64,000 bases of DNA from Calditrichota bacterium (GCA_020637445.1 JACJVZ010000003.1:210150-274149), one strand, 5' to 3'; shown: positions 1 to 10,008, counted from the first letter of the stretch. Translations and numbers: made by a program. Notes: generated by a model from the letters alone, not told the origin.

Positions 1-28
1 GGCATGTTTTCGGGGGAAAAATATGGTC

Positions 29-69
29 AGAAAAAAGAGCGGGGCACCTGCAGCAGGTGCCGCCGCGAG
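29..69 (-). terminator. Intrinsic terminator of the ankyrin gene, formed by copy 1 of palindromic repeat family 1
   Basis: Core cggggcacctgcagcaggtgccgccgcg (40-67) forms a 7-bp GC-rich stem; on the minus strand it is followed by a T6 tract (complement of aaaaaag at 30-36), about 50 nt after the stop at 112. Confidence 0.6.
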
Positions 70-111
70 AATTCGTAGGGCAATTCGAGGGTATTGGGAG
101 TGAAGAAAGAA

Positions 112-657
112 CTATTCTTTCGCGCCGTGTGCTTTGAGCATTTCGGCGAACTCGTAGTTCTTTTTGTATTGTGCGACGCGCATGGGCGTCCACTTGTTCT
201 CATTGACGAAATTGACGTCGGCTCCGGCGGCGATGAGAGCCTTTGCGGCTGCAAAATTGTCACGCAGAGCCGACAAACAGAGCGGCGTCATTTGGTTATT
301 GTCCATCAGATAGAGAAATGCACCGTGATCGACTAACATTCTCACGGTCATGCTGTCACCCCCCATCGCCGCGTTGTGAATGGGAGCAAATCCGTCGTCG
401 TTGACGGCGTTGACTTCCGCACCCTTCGTCAGCAACATCTGGACTATTTCGTTGTGTGCGCCGTTGGCGGCCCAATGCAAAGCCGTGTAGCCGTGGTCAC
501 AAACGTCGTTGACGTTGGAACCGTTTTCGAGAAACCACTTCACGGCTTCCATGTTGCCGTTTTTTGCGGCTTCGCAGATATTCGGTTCAGTCGGATGAAT
601 TGCGGCGGCAACGGCCACCATTCCAAGCACACTCAAAAGGACGTAACGGATCATCAT
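112..657 (-). CDS. Ankyrin-repeat protein with N-terminal signal peptide
   Basis: 181-aa ORF; hydrophobic N-terminus (MMIRYVLLSVLGMVAVAAA) followed by ankyrin-like ~33-aa repeats (GYTALHWAANGAHNEIVQMLLTKGAEVNAVNDDGFAPIHNAA...). Confidence 0.8.
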   Translation of the reverse strand: MMIRYVLLSVLGMVAVAAAIHPTEPNICEAAKNGNMEAVKWFLENGSNVNDVCDHGYTALHWAANGAHNEIVQMLLTKGAEVNAVNDDGFAPIHNAAMGGDSMTVRMLVDHGAFLYLMDNNQMTPLCLSALRDNFAAAKALIAAGADVNFVNENKWTPMRVAQYKKNYEFAEMLKAHGAKE

Positions 658-661
658 TCTT

Positions 662-1375
662 TCAATTCTCAGCTTTGGTCTTCTTTACGACAATGTTTTT
701 TCGACCGGTGTCGAGTTTCGTGCGAACTTCGCGTATTACTGCAGGTTTCAGTACCTGTTCATGATCTTGCAAAAAGCTCTCCACTTCTTCGCGCTGGGTT
801 GCAATCGCGGAGCGCAGTCCCCACGACACGGCTTTGTAGATCATCGGATCGTGATCGCCGGCCAAATCGGACATACGAACGAAGAGCTCATCGGCAAATT
901 GTCCCGTACGGACGGGGCGGACAACGAGAACGATGGATGCGCGGCGCTTCCAGAGATTTTTGGAACGCGACCACGTGGCGGATTTGTCAATCAGGTCGGG
1001 CCATTTGGTGATGAATAAACTCAGCACGTCGCAGCACAGTCCATCCACCATCGCCCACCCTTCACAATCGTCGAGCCACTTGCTGAAATTGGTCCAGTGA
1101 TTCTTTTGGAACTCTTTCTTTTTGCGGACGGCGATATCGAGTGCGAGCGTTTTCGCCTCGAAGACATTGGATGCGCGGAGCAGATTGAGCGCGCCGATCC
1201 AGTCACCGGGCAAGTTCTGCATCAATTCCTTGCCAATGTGCTCGAGGTCTTTTTTATAGACGCCGAGCAATTCGTATTTTTCCGTGCCGAGGTAGCCTTC
1301 GGGGGGGCGGTTGCGCCGCTCGACCGCGCGCAGCAGGCGGACTGCGTCTCGCGCGAATTTCTCGTTTGCGGTCAC
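662..1375 (-). CDS. DNA alkylation repair enzyme family protein (AlkC/AlkD-like HEAT-repeat fold)
   Basis: 237-aa ORF; Trp/Arg-rich pattern (WTNFSKWLDDCEGWAMVDG...SKNLWKRRASIVLVV) typical of this family; start overlaps upstream gene stop by 4 nt. Confidence 0.6.
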   Translation of the reverse strand: MTANEKFARDAVRLLRAVERRNRPPEGYLGTEKYELLGVYKKDLEHIGKELMQNLPGDWIGALNLLRASNVFEAKTLALDIAVRKKKEFQKNHWTNFSKWLDDCEGWAMVDGLCCDVLSLFITKWPDLIDKSATWSRSKNLWKRRASIVLVVRPVRTGQFADELFVRMSDLAGDHDPMIYKAVSWGLRSAIATQREEVESFLQDHEQVLKPAVIREVRTKLDTGRKNIVVKKTKAEN

Positions 1376-2847
1376 TTCAAGAGCTCTTCAGTCTGCGCCT
1401 TCAGAATTTGCATGATTTGCGGATTGTATCCGACGTGTCGATGCGCGATTTTTCCGTCTTTGTCGATAACGAACATCGTGGGAATACCGCGCACGCCGTA
1501 TTGAGCGGCAAGCTCGTTTGTTCCGAAGAGAATCGGGAACGTGTATCCACTTTTTTCGATAAACGGGCCGACGCCGCCGGTACCGCTGCGCTCCCAGACA
1601 TTCACGCCGTACACTTCTACGTCGTTGTCGCGCGCTTGATAAAACTTGTCGATCTGGGGCATCGTCATTTTGCAAGGACCGCACCACGTGGCCCAGAAAT
1701 CGAGTACGACAACTTTGCCTTTGAGATCGGAGAGCTTGACTTTTCCGCCGCCGAGTTTTTCCAGATCAAAATCCGGAGCGGGAGTGTCCGTGCGGTTTTC
1801 GACCAATTCGCGTTTCTGATCGGCCGGCAATTCGCGTTGAACGGATTGGGCCAATTCGCGCATTTCACGATTGTGACTTTCTTCGACGGCCGAGAGCAGA
1901 TCGCTCCACCGTTTGTCGTCGCGCACCGGAATCAGATCATCGTCGTCGGTGTATTGGCCGGCGTCGTTCATACCGAGTTCGGCGGACTCAAACAGATGGG
2001 CATAGGCCGAATCGGTTTGACCCGTCAAGGAAAATCCACAAGCAAGGTTGTAGTGATTGACGGCATCCGGCTCGATTGCAGTGGCCCGCTGCATGGATTT
2101 GATGTAGCACTCCCAATCCCCCAGCTCGCGGCAGACGCGTGCGCGGACGTCCAATGCGACGGCGTCTTCGGGATTAGAATCTAGGTACTCATCGATGATC
2201 TTCAAATGCGTCTTGAAATCGCCGGGATGCAGGACAAGTCTGCGCGCGACGGGTTCAAAATCGCCGGGCAACTGTTTTGCCATTTCGATGTAGAGATCTT
2301 CGGCTTGTTCGGTTTTGCCCGAACGCGCCCACAGTTCACCGAGCAAAACGGGAGCGTAGGGCAGCGAGTTGTCCGTATCAATCGCCCGCACAAGCGCGGC
2401 CTCGGCCTTGGAGAAGTCTTGGTCATCTTCGGCGGAATAGGCTGTCGCCTGCAGCAACGATCCCCAATAGCTGCCGGGATTCAGAGTCAGAATCTTGGCA
2501 GTTATGCTTTGTTTGTCGGCTACGGATTCGGAATAGCGACCGCTGATGTAGAGATCAATTTCCGAGTTGGGATTCGCGGCAGCGCGTTCGGCATAGTAGC
2601 TTTGCACCTGTACCGGGTCTTCCAGCGCAAGCAAATCGGCGGCGCGGAGCTGCACGCCGGAATCGGTCGGGTAGTTTTTTTGAAACGACCTTGCGACCGA
2701 CGTGCGCGTCTGAAACGTAGACGCCGTGTCAAGCGCAGCGACGAATTCTTTTTCCGCTTTGCTTTGGGAATAGGGTTTCAATTTGACGCTGCCCGCGAAG
2801 GCAATCTGCGCGCACAAAACGACGACAAGCCAATAATAAAGTTTCAT
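1372..2847 (-). CDS. Secreted TPR-like domain protein fused to TlpA/ResA-like thiol-disulfide oxidoreductase
   Basis: 491 aa; signal peptide; C-terminal thioredoxin fold with WATWCGPC active-site motif; N-terminal helical repeat region. Confidence 0.85.
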   Translation of the reverse strand: MKLYYWLVVVLCAQIAFAGSVKLKPYSQSKAEKEFVAALDTASTFQTRTSVARSFQKNYPTDSGVQLRAADLLALEDPVQVQSYYAERAAANPNSEIDLYISGRYSESVADKQSITAKILTLNPGSYWGSLLQATAYSAEDDQDFSKAEAALVRAIDTDNSLPYAPVLLGELWARSGKTEQAEDLYIEMAKQLPGDFEPVARRLVLHPGDFKTHLKIIDEYLDSNPEDAVALDVRARVCRELGDWECYIKSMQRATAIEPDAVNHYNLACGFSLTGQTDSAYAHLFESAELGMNDAGQYTDDDDLIPVRDDKRWSDLLSAVEESHNREMRELAQSVQRELPADQKRELVENRTDTPAPDFDLEKLGGGKVKLSDLKGKVVVLDFWATWCGPCKMTMPQIDKFYQARDNDVEVYGVNVWERSGTGGVGPFIEKSGYTFPILFGTNELAAQYGVRGIPTMFVIDKDGKIAHRHVGYNPQIMQILKAQTEELLK

Positions 2848-2889
2848 ATCGACGGATGTTCTTACTGTTGAATTTCCAAACCGAACAGG

Positions 2890-3675
2890 TTATTGTTCCG
2901 AACCGTTATTTTCAAGTTGCTCGACTTCAAAGCTGTCGACCTTTCCGGCGCCTTCAGCATCGACTGCGAGCAGTTCGCGGACGATTTTGACTTCGCCGGG
3001 TGGCCCAATTTGTTCTTTAACCAATCCCACGCCTTGAGCAAACCAACGGACCGTTTGCCAATTGGCAACACCGCGCTCTTCGCTGTAGGCTTGTTCGTCC
3101 ATTTCATTCCGTTGGTAGCGGGCTTCAATGGAATCGGCAACGGCGGGCAGCGGGGTCACAACTGTTTTCAGACAGTCTTCGAATTTTCCGGCAGGAACCG
3201 TGACGGTTTCAAATCCGGCGACAATCGTCTCCGTCCCGGTCTGCTCGTTGTACCACGCGCTGTCCAAAGCGGCGCCTTCGTCCACCCATATTTGGTTAAA
3301 CGCACTAACCTGCGTCCGGGATTCCATGGACGTGAAGGAAATGCGGGTCGCGGCTTCGACGATGACTCCGTTGGAGCTGAACTCGATACCGCCGTACGGC
3401 GTGCCTTCGTCTTCACAGACATAGACTTTCCACGCGCGGCCGCCGATATACTTCATTGTCAGCGAATAATCGTAAGATTCACCGTTACCCTTTTCGTGAT
3501 AGCGCAATTTGCGGCCGTCCATTAAGGGCATGAATTCCGTCCCTCCTCGGTAGAGAGTGCGGGTCGCGACGTCGCCGCAAGCGGAAAAAAGCAGCGCCGC
3601 GATAATCACGGCAAAGATAGCTGCGCCGTTTAGGTGCGCGGTCGAAATGCGGGGAATTGCCTTCAAACTGATCAA
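2890..3675 (-). CDS. Hypothetical lipoprotein
   Basis: 261 aa; signal peptide ending in lipobox-like LLFSAC; no recognisable catalytic motif. Confidence 0.6.
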   Translation of the reverse strand: MISLKAIPRISTAHLNGAAIFAVIIAALLFSACGDVATRTLYRGGTEFMPLMDGRKLRYHEKGNGESYDYSLTMKYIGGRAWKVYVCEDEGTPYGGIEFSSNGVIVEAATRISFTSMESRTQVSAFNQIWVDEGAALDSAWYNEQTGTETIVAGFETVTVPAGKFEDCLKTVVTPLPAVADSIEARYQRNEMDEQAYSEERGVANWQTVRWFAQGVGLVKEQIGPPGEVKIVRELLAVDAEGAGKVDSFEVEQLENNGSEQ

Positions 3676-3676
3676 A

Positions 3677-5656
3677 TTACTTCAACAAAACAAGTTTCTG
3701 AGTTTCGACGAATGATCCGGCGGAAACTCGCAGGAGATAGACTCCGGTTGCGAAAGCCGCTCTATCTACCAGCAAGCTATGCACACCGGCATCGAAAACA
3801 TCATCAGCCAACGTTGCCGCTTCGCGGCCTTCGATGGTATAGAGTTTCGCCGACACATGTGAAGTTTGGGGTAAATCGAAAGCAACGCGCGTGACGGCGT
3901 TGAAAGGATTGGGATAGGCCGGATACAACACGAAGGATTCGGCAAGATCTGGACGATCCGGCGAATCCAACGCCAAAATATAGACTCCGACTTCATCTGC
4001 TGTGTCGGGGCAGGCATTGTGGTGAATGATGACCTCGCCGAAAAATTCGGATTCAGGGTGTTCGGGGTTGGTCAAGACGGACACGACGATCTCGCCCGAA
4101 GCTCCCGCCGCAATTTCGCCGGACTCGGGCGCGACATAGAGCCATCCATACGTGGGAGTGTGTTCAACGGTCTCGCAGGTAAACTGCAGAAGTCCGTCGC
4201 CGTCGTTTTGAACAGTTAACGTGTCACGCTCCCACCGTCCAAAAGTACCGATGATGTTGACGCTGGTCTTGTTGTTCTCGTATTGAGGAGTCCCGACGGT
4301 GAAATCAACGACGTTCTCCCCTCCCAAGACCAACTCGACCGATTGCGAATCCGGGGCAATGCACGGTCCCGTAATCAGTAAGGTCGCCTCGCTTTGATTT
4401 GTACCAAGCAAGTATGCACCTTGTTCGTCGGTGATCGTGAAATCTCCGGTTTCAACGACTTCGACTCGCACGCCGGACAACGGCTCATTTGTGCCTTGCG
4501 CCCGAACGATTCCGTTGACGATATAGCCGGGACCAAAGCGGTATAAGCGCGCGGCGTAGTCCGTAGACTGGAACGTCGTTCCGAAGATCAGTCCAGCACT
4601 GCCGCGGTTGTGCATGCCGCGCAGATCCACTCCGTCTGCCGAAAGCTCCGCCGAATGGTCGCTGTTACCGGACGAGTTTAACGTATATATCCGGCCTGTG
4701 AACGGCCCGACTTCGCTCGCAGTTGACCCGCACACAGTTGCGCCGCCGTCATCCGTAGGTCGAATACCGGAGATGCCAAAGAACTCGCCGTCTAACCCCG
4801 TCAAAGTCCAAACATAATTTCCGCTTGAGGTGAGCTTGTAAGCCCACGGCCAATAGATTCCGAAATCAAAGCCCTCATTCCCCGCGACATAGATATTTTC
4901 GTCGTCATCGAGTGCGATGGCTTGCGGCATGATGCGCATGATATCCGGAGAAGGATAGTCATTCATCCAAACAGTGCTTCCCGTAGGCGTGGTTCGTGCC
5001 ACAAATGCATCAAAAGTGAACGCATCCGTGGTCAACCAACCTGCGACCGCCAAGTCGCCATTGGCGAACTCTTGAACACAAGCTCCTTGACTTCCCCCCT
5101 GTCCTGAAACACTTGCAGTCCAGAGCGTGTCGCCGTTAGAGTCGAATTTGATTAGCAGATCGGATTGGGACCCGCTGTTGTCATACATACCCGTATACAA
5201 AACGAGTCCGTTGTCACGGGTCGCACAAATTCCCGCTTTGTTTTCGGGATAGGCGATGTCCAAGTCAAAAGAGATCTCGCCTTGAACGGCTCCGACATCG
5301 TTGATTCGGAGTACCGAGAGAGACGGCAAAGAGTCATTGTCAGACGTAACAACTCCAACTAACGCGATCTGGCCGTCTTCAAATTGCTCCATGCCAAGTA
5401 GGGTGCAGTAGTCACCCTGAAATGACACGGTTCCGTTCCAAACTTGGCTTCCAGTGGCATTCAGCCGCCACAGATCGATGCCCGCATCAGCATTGTGGGC
5501 GCTGGCCACCATTGTATGCCCGTTTTGCAGAATGATTGCGGACTGAACCCATTGAAAAGAGCTCAGGTCAATTTGTTGAGACCAAAGGGTGTCGAGTTCG
5601 GCGCGAGCCGGTTGCATGACAAAGAACAGCAGGACGATGAATCCAAATGACTTCAT
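3677..5656 (-). CDS. Secreted beta-propeller-repeat protein with T9SS C-terminal sorting domain (paralog 1 of 3)
   Basis: Start taken at internal Met (MKSFGFIVLLFFVMQPARA) preceded by AAAGGAG; ORF-track model 3677..5737 begins upstream of the signal peptide. C-terminus YPAYPNPFNAV...GVYLLRVSAGSFVETQKLVLLK is a Por/T9SS CTD. Confidence 0.8.
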   Translation of the reverse strand: MKSFGFIVLLFFVMQPARAELDTLWSQQIDLSSFQWVQSAIILQNGHTMVASAHNADAGIDLWRLNATGSQVWNGTVSFQGDYCTLLGMEQFEDGQIALVGVVTSDNDSLPSLSVLRINDVGAVQGEISFDLDIAYPENKAGICATRDNGLVLYTGMYDNSGSQSDLLIKFDSNGDTLWTASVSGQGGSQGACVQEFANGDLAVAGWLTTDAFTFDAFVARTTPTGSTVWMNDYPSPDIMRIMPQAIALDDDENIYVAGNEGFDFGIYWPWAYKLTSSGNYVWTLTGLDGEFFGISGIRPTDDGGATVCGSTASEVGPFTGRIYTLNSSGNSDHSAELSADGVDLRGMHNRGSAGLIFGTTFQSTDYAARLYRFGPGYIVNGIVRAQGTNEPLSGVRVEVVETGDFTITDEQGAYLLGTNQSEATLLITGPCIAPDSQSVELVLGGENVVDFTVGTPQYENNKTSVNIIGTFGRWERDTLTVQNDGDGLLQFTCETVEHTPTYGWLYVAPESGEIAAGASGEIVVSVLTNPEHPESEFFGEVIIHHNACPDTADEVGVYILALDSPDRPDLAESFVLYPAYPNPFNAVTRVAFDLPQTSHVSAKLYTIEGREAATLADDVFDAGVHSLLVDRAAFATGVYLLRVSAGSFVETQKLVLLK

Positions 5657-5737
5657 AAGGGCTCCTTTCGGGATGCAGCGCAATGACGAAAGACATTTGG
5701 TCCGGGCGGGACCCACTCCCGGGCCGGAAAAGAACAA

Positions 5738-7726
5738 TTAGCGAATATACAGCAATTTCTGGACGGCGAAGGTATTCGGCATCGCGGCCCGAACGAAATA
5801 CAGTCCGGTCGCTTCTCCGGACAAATCAATGTTTATATTGTGATTGCCAGCAGACATGCGACCGTCGACAAGAGTTTTTACCCATTTCCCTGCAATGTTA
5901 TACACCTCCAAGCGGGCGACAGTTTCATTGGGAATCGAGAGTGTAATTGAGGTGTTGCTATTGAAGGGATTTGGATAGGCCGGCGACAGTGAGAACTGGG
6001 CCGGGAGCTCGGAGTGATCGTTGACATCGAGCACACTGACCAGAATGGGTAAAACCATCACGGTGTCTGGACAGGCGTTGCTTCGGATGGTCAGTTGCCC
6101 GTAGAACTCAAAGTTTCCATCGTTGGTGGTGTCAGCATGAGCAGTTATGACGGCGGAAGTGCTTGCATTGGGCGCCAAAACTCCGTGATCAGGCGCAACC
6201 GTGAGCCACGCTCCCGGAGGAGAAATTCCTTCGACGCTGAGAGTGTAGTTCAGGCTACCCGAACCGGAATTGGAAAAAGAAACGTTCGCGGTGCCGTCGG
6301 TCTCGTTTTGCGAAATGATATTGACGCTCGATTGGAGATTCGCAACGTTGGGTTCGCCGACTTCAAAATTTATTTGGACCGACTCGTTCTCGACCACTTG
6401 GACTCCGAAGACGGTATCCGCTTCGATACAGGCACCGTTGACAACAAGGTTATAGGTTCCGGCTTCAATATCAAATTGATAGACTCCATCTACGTCCGTG
6501 AGCGCGTAACGCAGTCCTCCCGAATCCGAGACGCGGGCACCGGGTACGGGATCTCCGGTTTCGGCGCTGCGTACGATTCCGTGAATTCCTGCGGGCGGCG
6601 CTAAAGACAAAATGTAGGCACTGACAGCGTTGTCGTCGGCAACGATTGCACCGACTGCAACAGCTCCGCCGCTGGAGTAGCGAACGATATTGTTGAATCC
6701 GCCTTCTGCGCCGAGATTTCCATAGCGCCACACCCAGCGCGTGAGGTTTTCGTCATCCACCGCGCGCATGAACGGGCCGGTGTCCGTTGCACCGGGTCCG
6801 GACTTTCCGACGAATAACATGCCACCGAACCACGGAGTCGCACCGACAAAACGATCGGCGAAACCTGTTGAGCTAAAGGCGAGCGAATAAGGCGCTCCAT
6901 CTGTAGGATGCACTCCGACAAATCCCGAAGTGCCGTTGACATCGCTTCTGCCTACGATCCAAAGAGTTCCGACCGGGTCGGCAATGACATTAAAGCACGT
7001 TTCGTAGTTGGACGTGCCATAGGTTCGACCCGTACCGATTTGATTTCCGTCCAAATCGAATTCAAGCTCCCAGACGTCCGTGGAGCCCGCGCCGTAACTT
7101 CTGGTTTGAGCGGCGACGACCAGATTACCATCGGGTTTTTGAATGATATCGTTGCCGATATCGGTGTCATTTCCGCCCACCGTACGCGTCCAAACGGTAT
7201 CGCCGTTGGCTTCACACAAGAGTACCCAGACATCTGAATGTGTGGGGTCCGTTGTGCCGCCTCGGTATCCCGTCACGGCGAAGCGGCCGTCGGTAAGTTT
7301 GCAGAGATTCCAGCTTTTGGTCCGGCCTTCGCGAGCATACCCTCTTTGCCACAGGACTTCGCCGGTGGACGCCAGGAATGAGACGAGGCTCACCTCTCTT
7401 CCGTCTTGAATATCCCATCCGGCGGCAACCATCGTGTCGCCGGACAGAGCGATCAGACCGTTGAGCGATTCATTGTCCGTGGAGGCCAAGACGGTTTGCG
7501 CGTAGACCGAATCACCGGACGTGGTGTAGGCACAGATGAGATAGTCATAGTCGGGATCGGTAAAACCGATTTGGGCATAGCCGACTCCGACGATCAGGGT
7601 ATCGTGCACCACGGCGGCGTCGTACAGATAGCATCGATCATTGACCAGAAAAGAGCGCGACCACGTAGTATCGGGCTGCGCAAAGGAAAGACACGGCAGG
7701 AGCAACAGGAGCAGCAGCGCAGGCAT
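5738..7726 (-). CDS. Secreted beta-propeller-repeat protein with T9SS C-terminal sorting domain (paralog 2 of 3)
   Basis: 662 aa; signal peptide MPALLLLLLLPCLSFA; carboxypeptidase-regulatory-like middle domain (GIVRSAETGDPVPGARV); CTD AYPNPFNSNTSI...GLYFVRAAM...KLLYIR. Confidence 0.8.
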   Translation of the reverse strand: MPALLLLLLLPCLSFAQPDTTWSRSFLVNDRCYLYDAAVVHDTLIVGVGYAQIGFTDPDYDYLICAYTTSGDSVYAQTVLASTDNESLNGLIALSGDTMVAAGWDIQDGREVSLVSFLASTGEVLWQRGYAREGRTKSWNLCKLTDGRFAVTGYRGGTTDPTHSDVWVLLCEANGDTVWTRTVGGNDTDIGNDIIQKPDGNLVVAAQTRSYGAGSTDVWELEFDLDGNQIGTGRTYGTSNYETCFNVIADPVGTLWIVGRSDVNGTSGFVGVHPTDGAPYSLAFSSTGFADRFVGATPWFGGMLFVGKSGPGATDTGPFMRAVDDENLTRWVWRYGNLGAEGGFNNIVRYSSGGAVAVGAIVADDNAVSAYILSLAPPAGIHGIVRSAETGDPVPGARVSDSGGLRYALTDVDGVYQFDIEAGTYNLVVNGACIEADTVFGVQVVENESVQINFEVGEPNVANLQSSVNIISQNETDGTANVSFSNSGSGSLNYTLSVEGISPPGAWLTVAPDHGVLAPNASTSAVITAHADTTNDGNFEFYGQLTIRSNACPDTVMVLPILVSVLDVNDHSELPAQFSLSPAYPNPFNSNTSITLSIPNETVARLEVYNIAGKWVKTLVDGRMSAGNHNINIDLSGEATGLYFVRAAMPNTFAVQKLLYIR

Positions 7727-7777
7727 CGTTAAACCTCAGTTGCTAAGTTGAACATAAAAAAGCGGCGGTAAGAACAA

Positions 7778-9772
7778 TCAGCGAATGTACAGCAGTCTTT
7801 GGGTTTGACTGCGGGAGTGATCGGACAAGCGAACAAAATACAATCCGGACGCCAGTCCCTTTGCCTCCCACGACAGGGAATGTTCTCCGGCGGGGAGTTT
7901 CGAATGACTCAGCAGCACGGCGACCTCGCGTCCCGTGACGTCATAGACCCGCAGTGAGACGTCGGACTCGTGATCGAGACCGAACCGCAAGCGTGTGACG
8001 TTGTTGAAGGGATTGGGATAGGCGGGATAGAGCGCAAATTCGGACGGCAAGGCGGGAGCGTCGTCGGCATCGAGTACGACGGCCAGCACATCAAAAGTCA
8101 AGACCGTATCGGGACACGAATTAGTGTGCAGCTTGAGTTCGCCGAAGAAATCGTAGTTTCCGCTGTCGTTGGTGTCGGCCTCGAGAATGACTTGAGCGAC
8201 AAGCGTGCTTCCCGGTGCCAGTCGTCCAAAGGGAGGTTCGACACGAAGCCAGTCATCAGGCGGAATTTCGGTCAGGGGTTCGAAGGAATAGACCAGATCG
8301 CCGCTGCCGGAATTTGAAAATCTCAGGTCGGCGGCGCCCTGTCCATGATTGGGGCCGACGACGTTGATCGAGGAGTAGCTGACGGCGAGATTGGGGACGC
8401 CGGCAGTGATATCGGCTTGAGTATTCTGGTTGGCGAAGACCTCAATACCGTGAACAGTGTCGCCGGCGAAACACGGTCCGCCCGAGAACATCGTGTAAAC
8501 TCCGGGCGGCAGAGCGAGGGCAAACCGTCCGACCGTATCTGAAACGGCATATTGCGGCAGTTCAGCGGCCTGCACGCGCACTCCGGCAACAGGTTCGTTG
8601 GTGACACGATTATGAACGACGCCAGAGATACCCGACGGCGGACTAATCCGCCACATCAGCATGTTATCATGTCCGGAGGTGTTGGCTCTTCCGCAGGCGA
8701 CAAAACCACCGTCGGAGATACGAACCAAATCTTCGAAAGCCCGGCCCAATTCCGTGTCTGTCCAGGTCCAACTTGTGTCCCCGTTGGTCGTCGTCGCCAC
8801 AAGCCACAACCTGCCGGAATTTACACTGGCGCCGGTTTGTCCGGCGAACAGGGTTCCGCCTTCAAGATAGGGAGCGACACCGGTAAATTTCTCGCTGCCA
8901 CGTCCGTCGGTATAGGTTCGTTGCCAAAGTGTTTCTCCCGCGGAATTGAGACGCATGGTGAAAGCATCGCGCAGAGAACCGGAACGGGATTCCCCCGTGA
9001 CAACGACGTCCCCGCTAACGGAATCCACGGTCGCCGCGAAAACCTGCTCGTAGTCTGAATCACCGTATGTCCGTTCACTGATAAAATTGCCGTCGCTGTC
9101 CGTAATCACGATATAGAAATCAAAGTGACGACTGGTGTCGGGATCGCTGGTCGTGCCGACGAGCAGGAGGTTTCCATTGGGCACACGTACGATCTCGTTG
9201 GGCCAATCAGGATTTGATGTGCCAAATGTCCTTGAATAGAGCGAATCGCCATTCGAGTCACAGCGCATCAGGTAGAAATCGAGCGATCCTCCGGGGCCGG
9301 TTCGTCTACCAGCTACATAAAACCCGCCGTCCTGATTGGGCAACAGCGCGGCCGCTTGGTCGGAGCCAGACCAGAAAAACTCCCTTGACCAGACGAAATC
9401 ACCTTGCTGTGAATAGCATACGACCAGTGAGTTTAGGCTTGAATCATGGCCGCACGCCACCAGATTGCCATTTGTAAGCACATCAACGTCAAATAGTTGC
9501 TGAACTGAATTGGGAACTCCGAAAATGCGGGACCAAAGAGTGTCACCAAGCGGATCGTAGCGCACGATGATTGCATCGTCAGAGTTGCCTGCGAACACAG
9601 AGCCAACCGCTACGAACCCGCCGGTGCTAAGCTCAATACAGGAATTTAGTGAAGAGGCGGATCCAAGATCGTAGATACTGGTCCATAGGGTGTCCACCTG
9701 CGCGGAGGCACGAGTCGTCAGACCTGACAAAAGAAGCAGCGCAAGGGCGAGAGTGAATGGCTTGAAACTCAT
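7778..9772 (-). CDS. Secreted beta-propeller-repeat protein with T9SS C-terminal sorting domain (paralog 3 of 3)
   Basis: 664 aa; signal peptide; same domain order as the two downstream paralogs; CTD AYPNPFNNVTRL...GLYFVRLSD...RLLYIR. Confidence 0.8.
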   Translation of the reverse strand: MSFKPFTLALALLLLSGLTTRASAQVDTLWTSIYDLGSASSLNSCIELSTGGFVAVGSVFAGNSDDAIIVRYDPLGDTLWSRIFGVPNSVQQLFDVDVLTNGNLVACGHDSSLNSLVVCYSQQGDFVWSREFFWSGSDQAAALLPNQDGGFYVAGRRTGPGGSLDFYLMRCDSNGDSLYSRTFGTSNPDWPNEIVRVPNGNLLLVGTTSDPDTSRHFDFYIVITDSDGNFISERTYGDSDYEQVFAATVDSVSGDVVVTGESRSGSLRDAFTMRLNSAGETLWQRTYTDGRGSEKFTGVAPYLEGGTLFAGQTGASVNSGRLWLVATTTNGDTSWTWTDTELGRAFEDLVRISDGGFVACGRANTSGHDNMLMWRISPPSGISGVVHNRVTNEPVAGVRVQAAELPQYAVSDTVGRFALALPPGVYTMFSGGPCFAGDTVHGIEVFANQNTQADITAGVPNLAVSYSSINVVGPNHGQGAADLRFSNSGSGDLVYSFEPLTEIPPDDWLRVEPPFGRLAPGSTLVAQVILEADTNDSGNYDFFGELKLHTNSCPDTVLTFDVLAVVLDADDAPALPSEFALYPAYPNPFNNVTRLRFGLDHESDVSLRVYDVTGREVAVLLSHSKLPAGEHSLSWEAKGLASGLYFVRLSDHSRSQTQRLLYIR

Positions 9773-10008
9773 GGAAACTAAAGATATAACAATTGGTTAG
9801 CTGTGCTCGAAGGCAGTTCTTGTAAACTATTAATATACCATAGTCTCATGGCCTCTTCAAGTTCCTCTTGGAAGATTGAGCAATTAAGTGGTGGTTACGG
9901 TGCCCAGCCGAGAATTGTGTTTGCCGGACCTCGCTGGCTCTTGAGAGTTGTTTTCTTTTAGTTTATATTTACGTTTTAGGAAAAAAGTCAGAGTTTCGGG
10001 AGTTGACC

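Noticed and set aside
376-1011. 211-aa plus-strand ORF
   Set aside because: Lies entirely antisense to the ankyrin and AlkD-like genes; low-complexity Arg/Ser-rich translation typical of a shadow ORF in GC-rich DNA.
3677-5737. N-terminally extended ORF-track models (3677-5737, 14848-18144, 34874-38275, 25190-26584, 26640-27389, 40322-41155, 20541-21161)
   Set aside because: Extensions precede the signal peptide or conserved N-terminus and lack an RBS, or in one case run through a terminator hairpin; internal starts were chosen.
9898-9920. Possible fourth, half-length copy of repeat family 1 (acggtgcccagccgagaattgtg)
   Set aside because: Only about 17 of 23 positions match and the palindromic partner arm is missing; kept as a remark in the family 1 finding, not called as a feature.
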